This document shows, piece by piece, positions 38,443 through 50,330 of a stretch of 64,000 nt of DNA. Numbering within the stretch: position 1 is the first letter of the stretch; every line of letters starts with the position of its first letter. The notes below the pieces were generated by a model that did no database searches, was not told where the DNA came from, and saw nothing but the letters and a program-made list of their open reading frames with translations. The stretch spans positions 10,850,001 through 10,914,000 of the forward strand of contig NC_043016.1 of assembly GCF_006345805.1 (NCBI RefSeq), read 5' to 3'. Made by a program: the position numbers and the translations under genes. Source of the DNA: Octopus sinensis. Lineage: Eukaryota.

Positions 38443-39804
38443 GGTCATCTTCATTTTGACTTGCAGGAATGTCATTGTTGTTCGTTAGTTTCCGTAAATT
38501 CTTTTATTTACTTTTGTTTTAAAGTGAAAGAGAGGACCAAGTGAAAGATGTATGCGTGTATATGAAATGGACATGTGTGTGTGAGAGAAAGAGAGAGAGT
38601 AAGTGAAATAGTATACTGTCATTTATACGTACATACATGATTACATATGCATACATATTTTTATTACATTATTTACATTTGATGGATATTTGTCCTCATC
38701 TTGTTTGTTGTTAACACAACGTTTCGGCTGATATCAGCTTTCATCAGGTGTCTTGGAGAAATTTCAAACCTGGGTTCTCATTCCTAAGGTATTTTTCGAT
38801 GTTGTTGTCATTATTAGTATTATTCAGATCACTGTCTGGAATCGATGATGGCTGGAGGGTATATCAGCCGAAACGTTGTGTAAACTAACAAACAAGACGA
38901 AGACAAATATCCGTCAAATGTAAATGGTGTACATAATGCCCCATCTCTTAAATATAGAACTATACATCTTTTTGTATGTATGTATGTATGTATGCGTGTG
39001 TAAGTGAGAAAGAGAAAGAGTGAAAGTGTGTGTTGTCATGTATGTGATTTTTTTTTGCATGTATGGCTAAGTGGCACTCTCTCTCTCTCTCTTTCTCATG
39101 CACACAAACATAAAGAAAAGATGTATGCATATGTATTTATGTGTGTACGTATACATCACAACACACCCCTTCTTTCACTCTCTCTCACACGTCCATTTCA
39201 TATGTGAATTTTTTTGCATGTATGGCTAAGTGGCACTCTCTCTCTCTCTCTCTCTCTTTCTCACACACACGTACACAAACATACAAAAAAGATGTATTTA
39301 TGTGTGTACGTATACATCACAACACACCCCTTCTTTCACTCTCTCTCACACGTCCATTTCATATGTGAATTTTTTTGCATGTATGGCTAAGTGGCACTCT
39401 CTCTCTCTCTCTCTCTTTCTCACACACACGTACACAAACATACAAAAAAGATGTATTTATATGTGTACGTATACATCACAACACACCCCTTCTTTCACTC
39501 TCTCTCACACGTCCATTTCATATGTGAATTTTTTTGCATGTATGGCTAAGTGGCACTCTCTCTCTCTCTCTCTCTTTCTCACACACACGTACACAAACAT
39601 ACAAAAAAGATGTATTTATATGTGTACGTATACATCACAACACACCCCTTCTTTCACTCTCTCTCACACGTCCATTTCATATACATGTACATACATCTTC
39701 CACTTTAAAACAAAAGTTAATAAATCAAATTTTCTTACGGAAATTAATGAAAAACACCAGCTGATCCGAATGACAGTTCTGCAAGTCAAAAATGAAGGAT
39801 GACC
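38443..39804. mobile_element. Foldback element with GG...CC termini and four internal ~160-bp tandem units
   Basis: 38443-38615 inverted against 39627-39804; units start at 39060, 39219, 39380, 39539. Confidence 0.75.
38671..38926. mobile_element. Penelope-like terminal sequence in inverted arrangement, with a hammerhead-like motif
   Basis: Arms 38671-38734 and 38862-38926; minus strand ACAC-CTGATGA-aagctgatatcagcc-GAAAC-GTT-GTGT. Confidence 0.65.
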
Positions 39805-40089
39805 AAAAGAAAAACAAAAGAAGGAAAAAAAGACGTCAATCCAACACCAAGTGCTTCAACTGGTCATACACCACAAGGTTCAACAGAACTTAACTGAAGG
39901 AAACCAACACGTTTGCAGCATTACCAAAGGCGATGGTAAAGCTAAGACATTGGAAAAGCCAAGCATCTTCAACAGGCATCACTTGACACCTTGGTGAGGC
40001 GAGCTGCCAGCGATAACAAGGACTTTGCCATTAACTGCCAGTCCCTCTAAATGTCTCAAGTGCCAGAGGCTGGAAAAGATGGTTTACTG

Positions 40090-40519
40090 GGCAATCTTTC
40101 GTCTCTAGTAGACCTTTCCGTCGATTTCCGTAAAAATTTTTTTTTTTTTACATATGGGCTTGCGGGAACTTTTGAAGTAATGAGAGCGAAAGAGACTAAG
40201 AGAGAGCGATTGTATGACGAGGGAAGTTCTTTTGAAGTTACCGTGCATGGGAAGCTTTGATGTACATGTGTGTGTGTGTGTGTGTTTGATGGGGTGTGGG
40301 AGACAGACAGTATGTTGTGTAAGTGAAGTGCTTCTGTTAGTGTGTGTGAAGAGACAGAGAGAGTAATGTGTGAAAGAAAGAGATAACTGAAATTTTTTAC
40401 TCGGTGTATGTGTATATGTATGTATATCACTTCAAAAGTTCCTGCAAGCCCATATGTAAAAAAAAAAAAAAATTTTTACGGAAATCGACGGAAAGGTCTA
40501 CTAGAGACAAAAGATCGCC
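40090..40519. mobile_element. Merlin-type MITE, perfect 8-bp TSD GTTTACTG
   Basis: ~90-bp TIRs with 3 substitutions; gtttactg at 40082-40089 and 40520-40527. Confidence 0.9.
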
Positions 40520-40920
40520 GTTTACTGATATTTTTGTGTTTTTCTTTTGTTTTCATAACTTTTCTTTTAGATTTTTGCCAAACTGCAAAACTTCTTTCTG
40601 TGACATAAAAAATTCAATCGAGAAAAAACGACTGTTATTAACACTTACCTTATTTCTGGTAAGAATTACGTTAAGGGTACATGTCTCTATGGAGTGTTCA
40701 GACGTTGCTCATTGATTTCACGAGCAGGCTGCTCCGTTGATCGAATCATCATCGTAACTGACGGAGTGCCAGTTATGTAAAATTTAAGGGTCAACTTTAA
40801 TATAGAGAAGTCCCGACGTGACCCCTACATCGATATTAAGGGGAGGTAATCTAGTTTTACCAAAGCTACTCTAAATTTACATAAGCAGTCCTTGTGTAAC
40901 TCAAAATGAATATATTTGAG

Positions 40921-41142
40921 AGGCGGCGAGCTGGCAGAAAAGTTAGTGCGCCGGGCGAAATGCTTAGCGGTATTTCGTCTGTCGTTACGTTCTGAGTTCA
41001 AATTCCGCCGAGGTCGAGTTTGCCTTTCATCCTTTCGGGGTCGATAAATTAAGTACCAGTTTCGCACTGGATCGATATAATCGACTTAATCCCTTTGTCT
41101 GTCCTTGTTTGCCTCCTCTATGTTTAGGGTAGTAAAGAAATA
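40921..41142 (+). mobile_element. SINE family B, full length
   Basis: Head ggcggcgagctggcag, B-box, core, tail aaagaaata. Confidence 0.85.
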
Positions 41143-41189
41143 TATATTTGAAGTGAGAGGTCTTGTTAACGATCCGCAGAAGTTGATAC

Positions 41190-41435
41190 ATTTTTTTGAA
41201 AAGTCACAGAGTATTACGCGCAAGAGATTTTAGAAGTACAGTATGTGGACGAATAATGACACTAATTGCTGATACAAGCTCAAAAGATGGGCTAAAATAT
41301 TGTCATACAAGTCATAAAGGACAGAAGGAGTCAGTAAGGAGTGGAAGTTTTTTTTTTTTTTTTCGCGCCCGACATCACAAAATGCGTCTGAATAAACATT
41401 GCTGGACAGCAAATAGAGACTCGGACATTGCTTAG
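41190..41435 (+). pseudogene. Merlin/IS1595-like transposase N-terminal remnant
   Basis: FLKSHRVL...VCGRIMTL...KDGLKYC..SHK..KESVRSGSFF resembles the Merlin zinc-ribbon pattern C..C...M.L....DG..W.C....H....S.R.GSFF. Confidence 0.6.
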
Positions 41436-41898
41436 AAAATGTTTATAGTACGCACTAGGGATTTTGACCTTAAAATTTTTTTTTGGGGGGGGGGATACTT
41501 CAACCACTAAACCAACGCGCCTTCACTAAATTTTACAACTGTTTTTCAACTCCCACACAAGACAAAAATAAACAGGGTCTTTTTCAGAAATAAACTATAA
41601 AGTGGTGCTGCTGTGGACAAATTATAGTTATATGATAGAGTAAGGGAGGAAAAGAGATATTTTGGGTCTCATTACACTTTTCTTCAATTAAAAAATATTC
41701 TTTTCTACAATTTAAATGTTTGAAATTATCGTTTTATAGATACTTCTTTTAAAATTCTTTTTTCATTGTTCATGCATCAACTTGTGGTGTTTGATTCTTT
41801 CTTATTATTTTTTTTATTATAAGGGGTTAAAATTGTTTTTCTCTAGTTTTTTTAAATGTTAATTCCAAACTTTTAGGGGTTTTTTTTTGCAATGGCAG

Positions 41899-42350
41899 AC
41901 GATGTCTGTGAGGGATTAAGATGTCACTGTGGAAGACCCCTCGACTCCACAGGCTTTCATGGTTTGTCTTGATGCCTAAATGCTGGTCGTTTTGCCTGTC
42001 ACACCTAATCATTAAGCTGTTCCTGGCTCGGGTTGATATCCCCTCAGTTCTCAAGCGGGTGGGATAGACCAGAAGTGATAGGAAGAGATCAGATGGTCTT
42101 ATTCCCTGGGTAAGAGATAGGTGCTTCATTTAGGACTCCTTTGCTTCCTCCCATATCTTGGATGCTGCGGTAAATGGGAGAATCACTGCTTTCATAGCCT
42201 AACGGAACGAAATCCTCAAATATCACGACTTGTGAGTGAAATATCTCTTCCGGCCTGTGGCGTTTGAGACGTTTGGAGAGGCTAGGTCATTAACAGCGAA
42301 GTTCTTGTCATCATTGGCATCTTGCCTTACCAAAGTTCCCGTGACGGTGC
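41899..42350 (+). pseudogene. Degenerate C-terminus of an RLE-type (CRE-like) non-LTR retrotransposon
   Basis: RCHCGRPLDSTGFHGLS*C (CCHC knuckle), DRKRSDGLIPW, KYHDL*VKYLFRPVAFETFG. Confidence 0.8.
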
Positions 42351-42642
42351 TTGGCTATTCTAACGCAGTAATACTGTGAGCATGTTGGCTTGATGACCGA
42401 GAAAAAAGTCATGGTAATAAAGTTACAATTTTGGCTAGGAAAAAAATGTCACAATTAACTTATGGTGGCTGGTAATAAAGTCACAATTAATTTATGGGAT
42501 CCAGACAAAACCTCCCTAAACAAAACCCTGTGACGCTTTCCCTGTGACTTTTCTTTTTTTTTTACCTGAATACGTTGAACTTTGAGGTGTGCGGCCATTT
42601 AAGGCATTTGATACTGAATTGATGTTTTTTTTTTCTCCTTTC

Positions 42643-42870
42643 GGTACTACTTAAGAATGGTCCCGGTGCGCGCACTCGAGTATCCGTGCTAGCTAGTCGT
42701 GACTAATCGATCCTTACTTTATATTTTTGTTTTATTTACTTTGCTTAAAAAATTTTTTACTTTGTGTTTTTGTGTTTTATTTACTTTGCTAGGTAGTAGT
42801 TGTAGGATCGACTAGTCACGACTAGCAAGCGCGGATGCGCGCACCGGGACCATTCTTCTTAAATAGTACC
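42643..42870. mobile_element. Merlin-type MITE (GGTAC...GTACC; TSD CTCCTTTC/TTCCTTTC, 7 of 8)
   Basis: ~70-bp TIRs with an AT-rich spacer. Confidence 0.8.
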
Positions 42871-43773
42871 TTCCTTTCTTCCTATTTTTCTTTTATTCAT
42901 CGTTCGCTCATATTTGTGTTTTCTTTTCCTTCACTCGTGTGTTATGTTTTGGATATGGATTTTAAGGCGAATTATTTATATAACTACGTACAGGTACCTT
43001 TAATGTATGAAAATAATTCCAAATGTTTCAGAATATAATAAAATGACTAAAACTAATGAAAAACAGGAAATAAATTCAGAGGAGATTTCTGGGGGGGTTT
43101 TGTCTTTGTTTTGGTAGTAATGGTGGTGGTAGGGATGACGTTTAAAATACATGAATTTAAATTTTCCTTTCCTCTAAAATTTGTTTCAGAATATAGAATA
43201 GAATACCAATAAAAGGGAAAAGAAATTAATGATAATGGCTGTCATGGTGCAAGAGGGTACAGGGGAGAAGAGACGGAACATAGAAAAAAATTACCACATG
43301 GTTCTGGGTTCAGTTCCACTGCATGGCACTTTGGGTAAGTGTCTTCTACCATAGCCTCAGGCCAACCAAAGCCTTGTGAGTGGATCTGGTAGATAGAAAC
43401 TGAAAGAAGTCCATCGTATGTGTGTGTGTGTGTTTGTCGCACCACCATCGCTTGACAACCGATGCTTGTGTGTTTATGTCCCTGTAACTTAGTGGTTCAG
43501 CAAAATACAAAAGACACAGTACTAGGCTTACAAAGAATAAGTCCTGGGGGTTGATTTGTTTAACTAAAGGCAGTACTCCAGCATGGCCATAGTCAAATGA
43601 CTGAAACAAATAAAAGAATATACACACACATACACGACAGATTTCTTTGGGCTATGGGCTGCATGGTACTGTAATAAAAGACACTTCCCCAAGGTGCCAC
43701 AAAGTGGGATTGAACTGAAAAACACATGATTAGGAAGCAAACTTTTTAATTATGCAGCCAAATTTATATAATA

Positions 43774-44783
43774 CTAGCATTATGACCCGTCGTTGCCAGG
43801 TCATAGTGCTAGTGCATGTATATATGTGTACATATTACATGTACATCTAAATATATACATCTACACATAAAATACAAAGTTATATCTTGATATCGCTAGT
43901 AATAACAATACTCAAAATATATAACACACTGGAATTGTAAGCCCGTCTCTTGTAATTTCGATCAATTGCATCTTGTCCTCCCTCTTGTATAGAAGTGTGG
44001 CTACAATCCAGCCTACCTCAACTTCTGGGGGGGGGGGCATTTAAAATTTTTATCCGGCACGTCCTACGTCCCAGATATAAAGGTAAAAATAAAATATTTC
44101 CACTTTGCAAGTTCGAGTCGAGTACTCCCTTGCACGCTCCGTTGATTCGAACCTTGCTTATATTGTGGCGAATTTACCACCTCTGGTTAGATATCTTTCA
44201 TAGTCGCACCAAGACACTTTTTGATGGTGCTTTCCTCCAGGTTGTTCAAATCTTCTGTTTTCTCTACATTGTATACTTTATAGACAATAGTCTTTTCTTC
44301 AATTTAATTTTTTATTATCCATCTGGACTATTCCATTTCTGCACGCTAATTTTATTTTTAATTTATTCCCATTCATGTGAAACCACTTATTCAAGTTCAA
44401 GTCATTGATGCAATTTTATACCAATTGCTGTTTTTACTTTTGTTATGTTACGATTACATTATACTTTAGTTTGGTTTTAATTATTACTTACTACATATAA
44501 TTAAATTGTTATTATTATTTTTATTGTTAAAGTGAAAGTATCTGACATAAAATAGAGAAATGTTTTTGTTTCACTTTTAACACGTAATACTGAAATAGTG
44601 GAGAAGATATGATATTGCTATGGGCTCTAGGCAAGAAGTTGAACATTTTTTTTGCCCATGAAACTACATGGACCCTAAGTAAGGCATGTGTAAAATTTGA
44701 ATGAAATTGGTTGTGTAGTTCTCAAGTTTTAGGGAAACACACAGACAGACAGACACACATTCTCAGTTTTATATATATAGAGA
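43774..44783 (-). mobile_element. Non-autonomous Helitron, second family
   Basis: Minus strand A|TCtctatatat start; 3' hairpin tatgacctggcaacgacgggtcata; CTAG|T end. Confidence 0.8.
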
Positions 44784-44813
44784 TGTAGAAAATTTAAATA
44801 ATAGATTACTCAC

Positions 44814-44923
44814 GAAGAACAGCTTCTTGCTTCTTTTTTTCGAGTTTACGAATGAGCTGAGCAACTCCTGGGTCTTGGTACATATCAAATGCCAAGTCAT
44901 CCAATGGCGAAATATAATCTGGC
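44814..44923 (-). CDS. CEP104: CEP104 coding exon, 110 nt, phase 2-1
   Basis: ttgctAG|G CCA GAT...CTT C|GTgagt; PDYISPLDDLAFDMYQDPGVAQLIRKLEKKKQEAVL, nearly identical to human DYISPLDDLAFDMYQDPEVAQIIRKL. Confidence 0.97.
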
Positions 44924-45021
44924 CTAGCAAAAACAAACAACAACAACAACAAACCGTATAGTATCACTGAGCAACTATAGACACACACCAACACACACAT
45001 ACATGTTTACATACAAGGAGC

Positions 45022-45054
<33 letters not shown>

Positions 45055-45063
45055 ATATATATA

Positions 45064-45264
45064 TGAGGAGTGCTGAAAAGTTCCTTGCTTTTGAGGATAA
45101 GCTAATTATGATTTTATTGAGCACATTCCCTTTCTCCAATTCACACATTTATTGCAACACTCCTTCAGAGTTTCTAAGCCCTATAAAAAAAACTCGGAAG
45201 GTTGGGCCTCCAACCAGGCCTTTCATGATACCCTTAAGGCCAGGAACTTTACAGCATTCCCTCA
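45064..45264. mobile_element. Mariner-type MITE with TA TSD
   Basis: TA-tgaggagtgctgaaaagttcct ... aggaactttacagcattccctca-TA. Confidence 0.8.
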
Positions 45265-45374
45265 TATGTATATATATATAAGGCATATATTACGTAATCA
45301 ATACAGCAGTTTGGTGAAACACGTGTATGTTCCATAAAGAATTGAATACCATAGTTTTCTGTTAAGTTATTGTT

Positions 45375-45730
45375 TCTGTTATTTGGCTTATAATCCCTGG
45401 CAGGAGAGGCAGCAGGATTCAGCTCCATCTCCTTGTCATACTTCCAGAAACAGATCAGAAATGGTTACCAGAGAATTTCTAAGACTCTACCAGCCCCAAT
45501 TTCTGGCCTCTTAAATCCCCTGATTATAATCCCAAGGATTATTATATGTGGGGTTCACTTGAGAAAGACACCAACTGGCTCTGCTTGCTACACCAAGGCT
45601 GAACTGGTGGTCAAGACTGAGGAGGCCCCTAATGATCTTCCTGGGTTTACAGTGAGGAACACATGGGCCAGGTTCCAGAATCACCCTTGAGGGGCTGAGG
45701 TAGAGGCTTAGGGTGGTTACTTTGACTAAA
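45375..45730 (+). pseudogene. Degenerate Tc1/mariner (maT-like) transposase C-terminus
   Basis: Frameshifted QQDSAP..CHTS, FWP..SPD.NP.DYY.WG..EKDTN...C.TKAELV. Confidence 0.75.
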
Positions 45731-46772
45731 CTCTTATCTCTCTCAGCTATACCCTAACTTGATATTTTTGATTTTTTTTTAAATGCTTTTATTTTAGGAT
45801 GGGATGTTGTTTTTTTTTTTTCCTTTCAGGCAAATTGTCAAATTTAGCCTGAACATCCTGTACACATGCATGCTCACACACACACACACACGCACGCACA
45901 CACACACACATACACACACATACACACACACACGTTATCATTTCACTTAATCATTGTTGTACTGATAACCCGTTGTTAGGACTCAATATACACACAAAAG
46001 TTATTAATTGATTTCATGTTGGCTGGATTGATTATTGATATGTGTTTATATGTGTTTATTGTCAAAACTGTGTCAGCATTTGACAAACACTAGATGTCTT
46101 CAAACTGCTTATTTACTAACCAGAATTAATATACCCTTAACAACAGTCGTACCTGTTGAGACACAACTACAGTTTTATTGTGTTTTGCTTTTGTTTACTT
46201 CCTACCTGAATTAAGGTTGTTTAACTTGAAACAGTAATTTACATGTTACTCCAGAGTGTACAAAATTGTTGAAATTTATGGACTTTGAATTGTGAAGAGT
46301 GGTGTATGACAGCATCCGACAGTCTGGTCGATACTGGGATGCTGTGATGAACTTTACTGAGGATAAATGAATTAAGGTGAATTGAGATATCGTTTAGTAA
46401 ATTAATATTTGGCGTGTAAACATAGAATGATGAAAATCCATACGTTAAATAAAGATTATCGGGGAAATGTATGGTGTTGGTACGGGATGTGGGAATATGA
46501 GGCATGGTGAGCAAGTATCAGGGAGGACAAGACTGAGGTTGATAACATCCGGCTGCAGCACTGGATTAACCATTAAGCAAAATAAGCATGTACTCAGGGA
46601 ATCAAGGGATAGTTGGTGGTGGTGGTGGTGGTGGGAGGCAACCACAGAAATGGTAAATGGTTTACAACACAAAAGAAATCACTTTAAACTTGCTGAAAAA
46701 ATATTTGAAGTGGTTTATAGGATCATAAGATATAATTTCAAAGGGTTCATAGTGTCATGGCAAGTATCAAGT

Positions 46773-47165
46773 AGGCGCAGGAGTGGCTGTGTGGTAAGTA
46801 GCTTGCTTACCAACTACACATGGTTCCGGGTTCAGTCCCACTGCGTGGCACCTTGGGCAAGTGGCTCTTACTATAGCCTCGGGTCGACCAAAGCCTTGTG
46901 AGTGGATTTGGTAGATGGAAACTGAAAGAAGCCCGGCGTATATATGTATATATATATATATATGCGTGTCTGTGTTTGTCCCCCTAGCATTGCTTGACAA
47001 CCGATGCTGGTGTGTTTATGTCCCCATTACTTAGCAGTTCGGCAAAAGAGACCGATAGAATAAGTACTGGGCTTACAAAAGAATAAGTCCCGGGGTCGAG
47101 TTGCTCGATTAAAGGCAGTGCTCCAACATGGCCGCAGTCAAATGACTGAAACAAGTAAAAGAGTA
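46773..47165 (+). mobile_element. Young full-length tRNA-derived SINE family A
   Basis: ggcgcaggagtggctgtgtggtaag...ggttcagtccc...gactgaaacaagtaaaagag; near-identical to the three copies below. Confidence 0.9.
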
Positions 47166-47693
47166 TCTGATCAAAGAGTTTGCAATTAATTAAAAAAAAG
47201 TAGGAGAAAACTTTTCAAATATAAATAAAGTGGAAGTTTACAAAAATAAACATTATTTTCCATCTTATTGTTAGTTTTATTTCATTTCGAAAATTAAACA
47301 TTTATGATTTATTATTGTCTATATTTTGAATTACGTTTACTTATAGGGATACCAAAATCTTTTCAGTGCGTAGGACTTCCAGGGGTCTTAATCCAGCCCT
47401 GACCAGCTACAAAAACCCATCTGTCTTTGGGATTCTGTCAAGCCTTCTCCACTCAAACTCATCTTCTAAAACAGATTCTTCTGTCGATCTCCTTCGACGC
47501 CCTACTTCTTTCCTTCACTCACCCCACATCACTGAACTGAAATTTTCTATGTCCAACTCATCCCCTGTCTTTAATCATCTGTCAACCCTCCTCCACCCGC
47601 TCTAACATACTTTTATTCATATAATTTGCCACAAGCGCATTACATAGATGTAGCTGCGGCCCGGACATTACATTAATGAGATGAAATAATAAC

Positions 47694-48378
47694 CTATTTC
47701 TTTACTACCCACAAGGGGCTAAACACAGAGGGGACAAACAAGGACAGACACACGGATTTAGCTGATTACATCGACCCCCAGTGCCTAACTGGTACTTATT
47801 TAATCGACTCCGAAAGGATGAAAGGCAAGTCGACCTCGGCAGAATTTGAACTCAGAACATAGCGGCAGACGAAATACCTATTTCTTTACTACCCACAAGG
47901 GGCTAAACACAGAGGGGACAAACAAGGACAGTCACACGGATTAAGTCGATTACATCGACCCCAGTGTGAAACTGGTACTTATTTAATCGACCCCGAAAGG
48001 ATGAAAAGCAAAGTCGACCTCGGCGGAATTTGAACTCAGAACGTAGCGGCAGACGAAGCACCGCTAAGCATTTCACCCGGCGTGCTAACGATTCTGCCAG
48101 CTCGCCGCCAATGATAACCGAAATTATGATATTAATGAGAGGAGCAAAAGATGCCCACAGATCTGCTTCTCTAACATACTTAGGGCAAAGTGCTTAGCGG
48201 TATTTCGTCTGTCGTTACGTTCTGAGTTCAAATTCCGCCGAGGTCAACTTTGCCTTTCATCCTTTCGGGGTCGATAAATAAAGTACCAGTTTTGCACTGG
48301 GGTCGATATAAGCGACTCAGTCCCTTCGTCTGTCCTTGTTTGTCCCCTCTATGTTTAGTCCCCTGTGGGCAATAAAAA
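47694..48378. mobile_element. Family-B SINE dimer (-, 47694-48109) plus an inverted family-B copy (+, 48183-48378)
   Basis: Same gacgaaatacctatttcttt junction as at 10.9 kb. Confidence 0.85.
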
Positions 48379-48769
48379 AATATATACTTACCAAGCCACC
48401 CCATCCACATTTTATTCTTCTATTTTTATTCTCTTTTTCATATTCAGCTTAAACCTTGACCTCAAATCTCTCTCTCTCCTCCCAGCCATGTGGTTGGAAA
48501 ACAGGCTTCTTACCACACTGCCACTCCTTCGCCTATGCAGACATTTATCACCAACAACACTGTAAACGTTTTTGTCTGTCGCCACCGCCACCGTTATAAT
48601 ATCATCTACTTATTTATTAATCGATATATTTGTGTGAACACTTAAACGGGTATGTGAACTGTATACCATGGAGAAATTATAGGTTGATGTGAAAAGAGTG
48701 AAAAAGAGAGAGAAATAACACTCTGATTAACGAATCAGACAACAGCAACAACAAGGGGTGAAGTAGGGG

Positions 48770-49590
48770 GGGGAACAGTAGCAGCAGGAAGGAGGAGTAA
48801 GTGGAGCAGCAGGAAGGAGAAGAAGTAGGAGGAAGAGGAGGAGAAGAAGAAGAAAAAGTAGGAGGAAGTGGAGCAGCAGGAAGGAGAAGAATTAGAAGGA
48901 GGAGGAGGAGAAGAAGAAGAAAAAGTAGGAGGAGGAGGTGGAGAAGTAGGAGGAAGAGGAGAAGAAGAAGAAAAAGTAGGAGGTGGAGCAGCAGGAAGGA
49001 GAAGAATTAGAAGGAGGAGGAGGAGAAGAAGAAGAAAAAGTAGGAGGAGGAGGTGGAGCAGCAGGAAGGAGAAGAAGTAGGAGGAAAAGAAGAAAAAGTA
49101 GGAGGAGGTGGAGAAGCAGGAAGGAGAAGAAGGAGGAGGAAGAGAAGGAGAAGAAGAAAAAGTAGGCGGAGGTGGAGCAGCAGGAAGGAGGAGAAGAAGA
49201 AGAAAAAGCAGGAGGAGTAGGTGGAGCAGCAGGAAGTAGAAGAAGTAGGAGGAAGAGAAGGAGAAGAAGAAGAAAAAGTAGGAGGAGGTGGAGAAGCAGG
49301 AAGAAGAATTAGAAGGAGGAGGAGGAGGTGGAGCAGCAGGAAGGAGAAGAATTAGGAGGAGGAGGAGAAGAAGAAAAAGTAGGAGGAGGTGGAGCAGCAG
49401 GAAGGAGAAGAAGTAGGAGGAAGAGAAGGAGAAGAAGAAGAAAAAGTAGGAGGAGGCGGAGCAGCAGGAAGGAGAAGAATTAGAAGGAGGAGGAGGAGAA
49501 GAAGAAGAAAAGTAGGAGGTGAAGCAGCAGGAAGAAGGAGGAGAAGAAGAATTAGGAGGAGGAGGAGGAGGGGAGAAGAAAAAGAAGAAC
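48770..49590 (+). repeat. ~820-bp polypurine tract of modular GGA/GAA/GCA units
   Basis: gtggagcagcaggaaggagaagaa and gaagaagaaaaagtaggagg recur many times. Confidence 0.95.
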
Positions 49591-49637
49591 AACAACGACA
49601 ATAGCAACAACGAAAACACAAGTAAAACAACAAATAC

Positions 49638-49699
49638 CTATTAAATCCAGCCAAAGGAGATTCTTTGTCTTGGTTTGGGATTTCTTCCGGATCCATCAC
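49638..49699 (-). CDS. CEP104: CEP104 coding exon (variable linker), 62 nt, phase 0-2
   Basis: atctttAG|GTG ATG...AAT AG|GTattt; VMDPEEIPNQDKESPLAGFN(R); bridges the phases of the flanking exons exactly. Confidence 0.82.
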
Positions 49700-49914
49700 C
49701 TAAAGATAGAGAATGATTATAATTACAATCTTTGAAATCAAAATTCTCTGATTTCCTTGTTCCAAACTATAAGCTTTAAGTTCCATTAAGATCTTTATTT
49801 GTCCTGACACTGGAAATTCTAAGTTCTATAGAATCTTCATAGGGGAGAATTCCAAATTCTGTCATATATTCATATATGTTAGAATTACATTGGATGTTCT
49901 GAACCAGCATTTCT

Positions 49915-50330
49915 AGGCACAGGAGTGGCTGTGTGGTAAGTAGCTTGCTTACCAACCACATGGTTCCGGGTTCAGTCCCACTGCGTGGCACCTTGGGCAA
50001 GTGTCTTCTACTATAGCCTCGGGCCGACCAAAGCGCTGTGAGTGGATTTGGTAGACGGAAACTGAAAAGAAGCCCGTCGTATATATGCATATATATATAT
50101 ATATATGCGTGCGTGTATGTTTGTGTGTCTGTGTTTGTCCCCCTAGCATTACTTGACAACCGATGCTGGTGTGTTTACGTCCCCGTCACTTAGCGGTTCG
50201 GCAAAAGAGACCGATAGAATAAGTACTGGGCTTACAAAGAATAAGTCCCGGGGTCGAGTTGCTCGATTAAAGGTGGTGCTCCAGCATGGCCGCAGTCAGA
50301 TGACTGAAACAAGTAAAAGAGTAAAGAGAG
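49915..50330 (+). mobile_element. Young full-length SINE family A
   Basis: Same sequence as 46773. Confidence 0.9.

Noticed and set aside
34845-39690. CRISPR-like arrays (68-, 24- and 160-bp repeats)
   Set aside because: Tandem units without unique spacers, no cas genes, eukaryotic context
40649-40655. ttcttaccAG|AAATAAG|GTaagt 7-nt microexon or recursive-site look-alike (minus strand)
   Set aside because: Would frameshift CEP104, sits in repeat-derived sequence, and is expected by chance; only RNA data could rescue it
43950-44260. Pif1 helicase remnant inside the Helitron
   Set aside because: Only a faint LQFP-like trace; canonical motifs not recoverable
46330-46480. Possible pogo/Tigger HTH remnant (MNFTEDK*IKV...IGEMYGVG)
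   Set aside because: Many stops and too little similarity to support by eye
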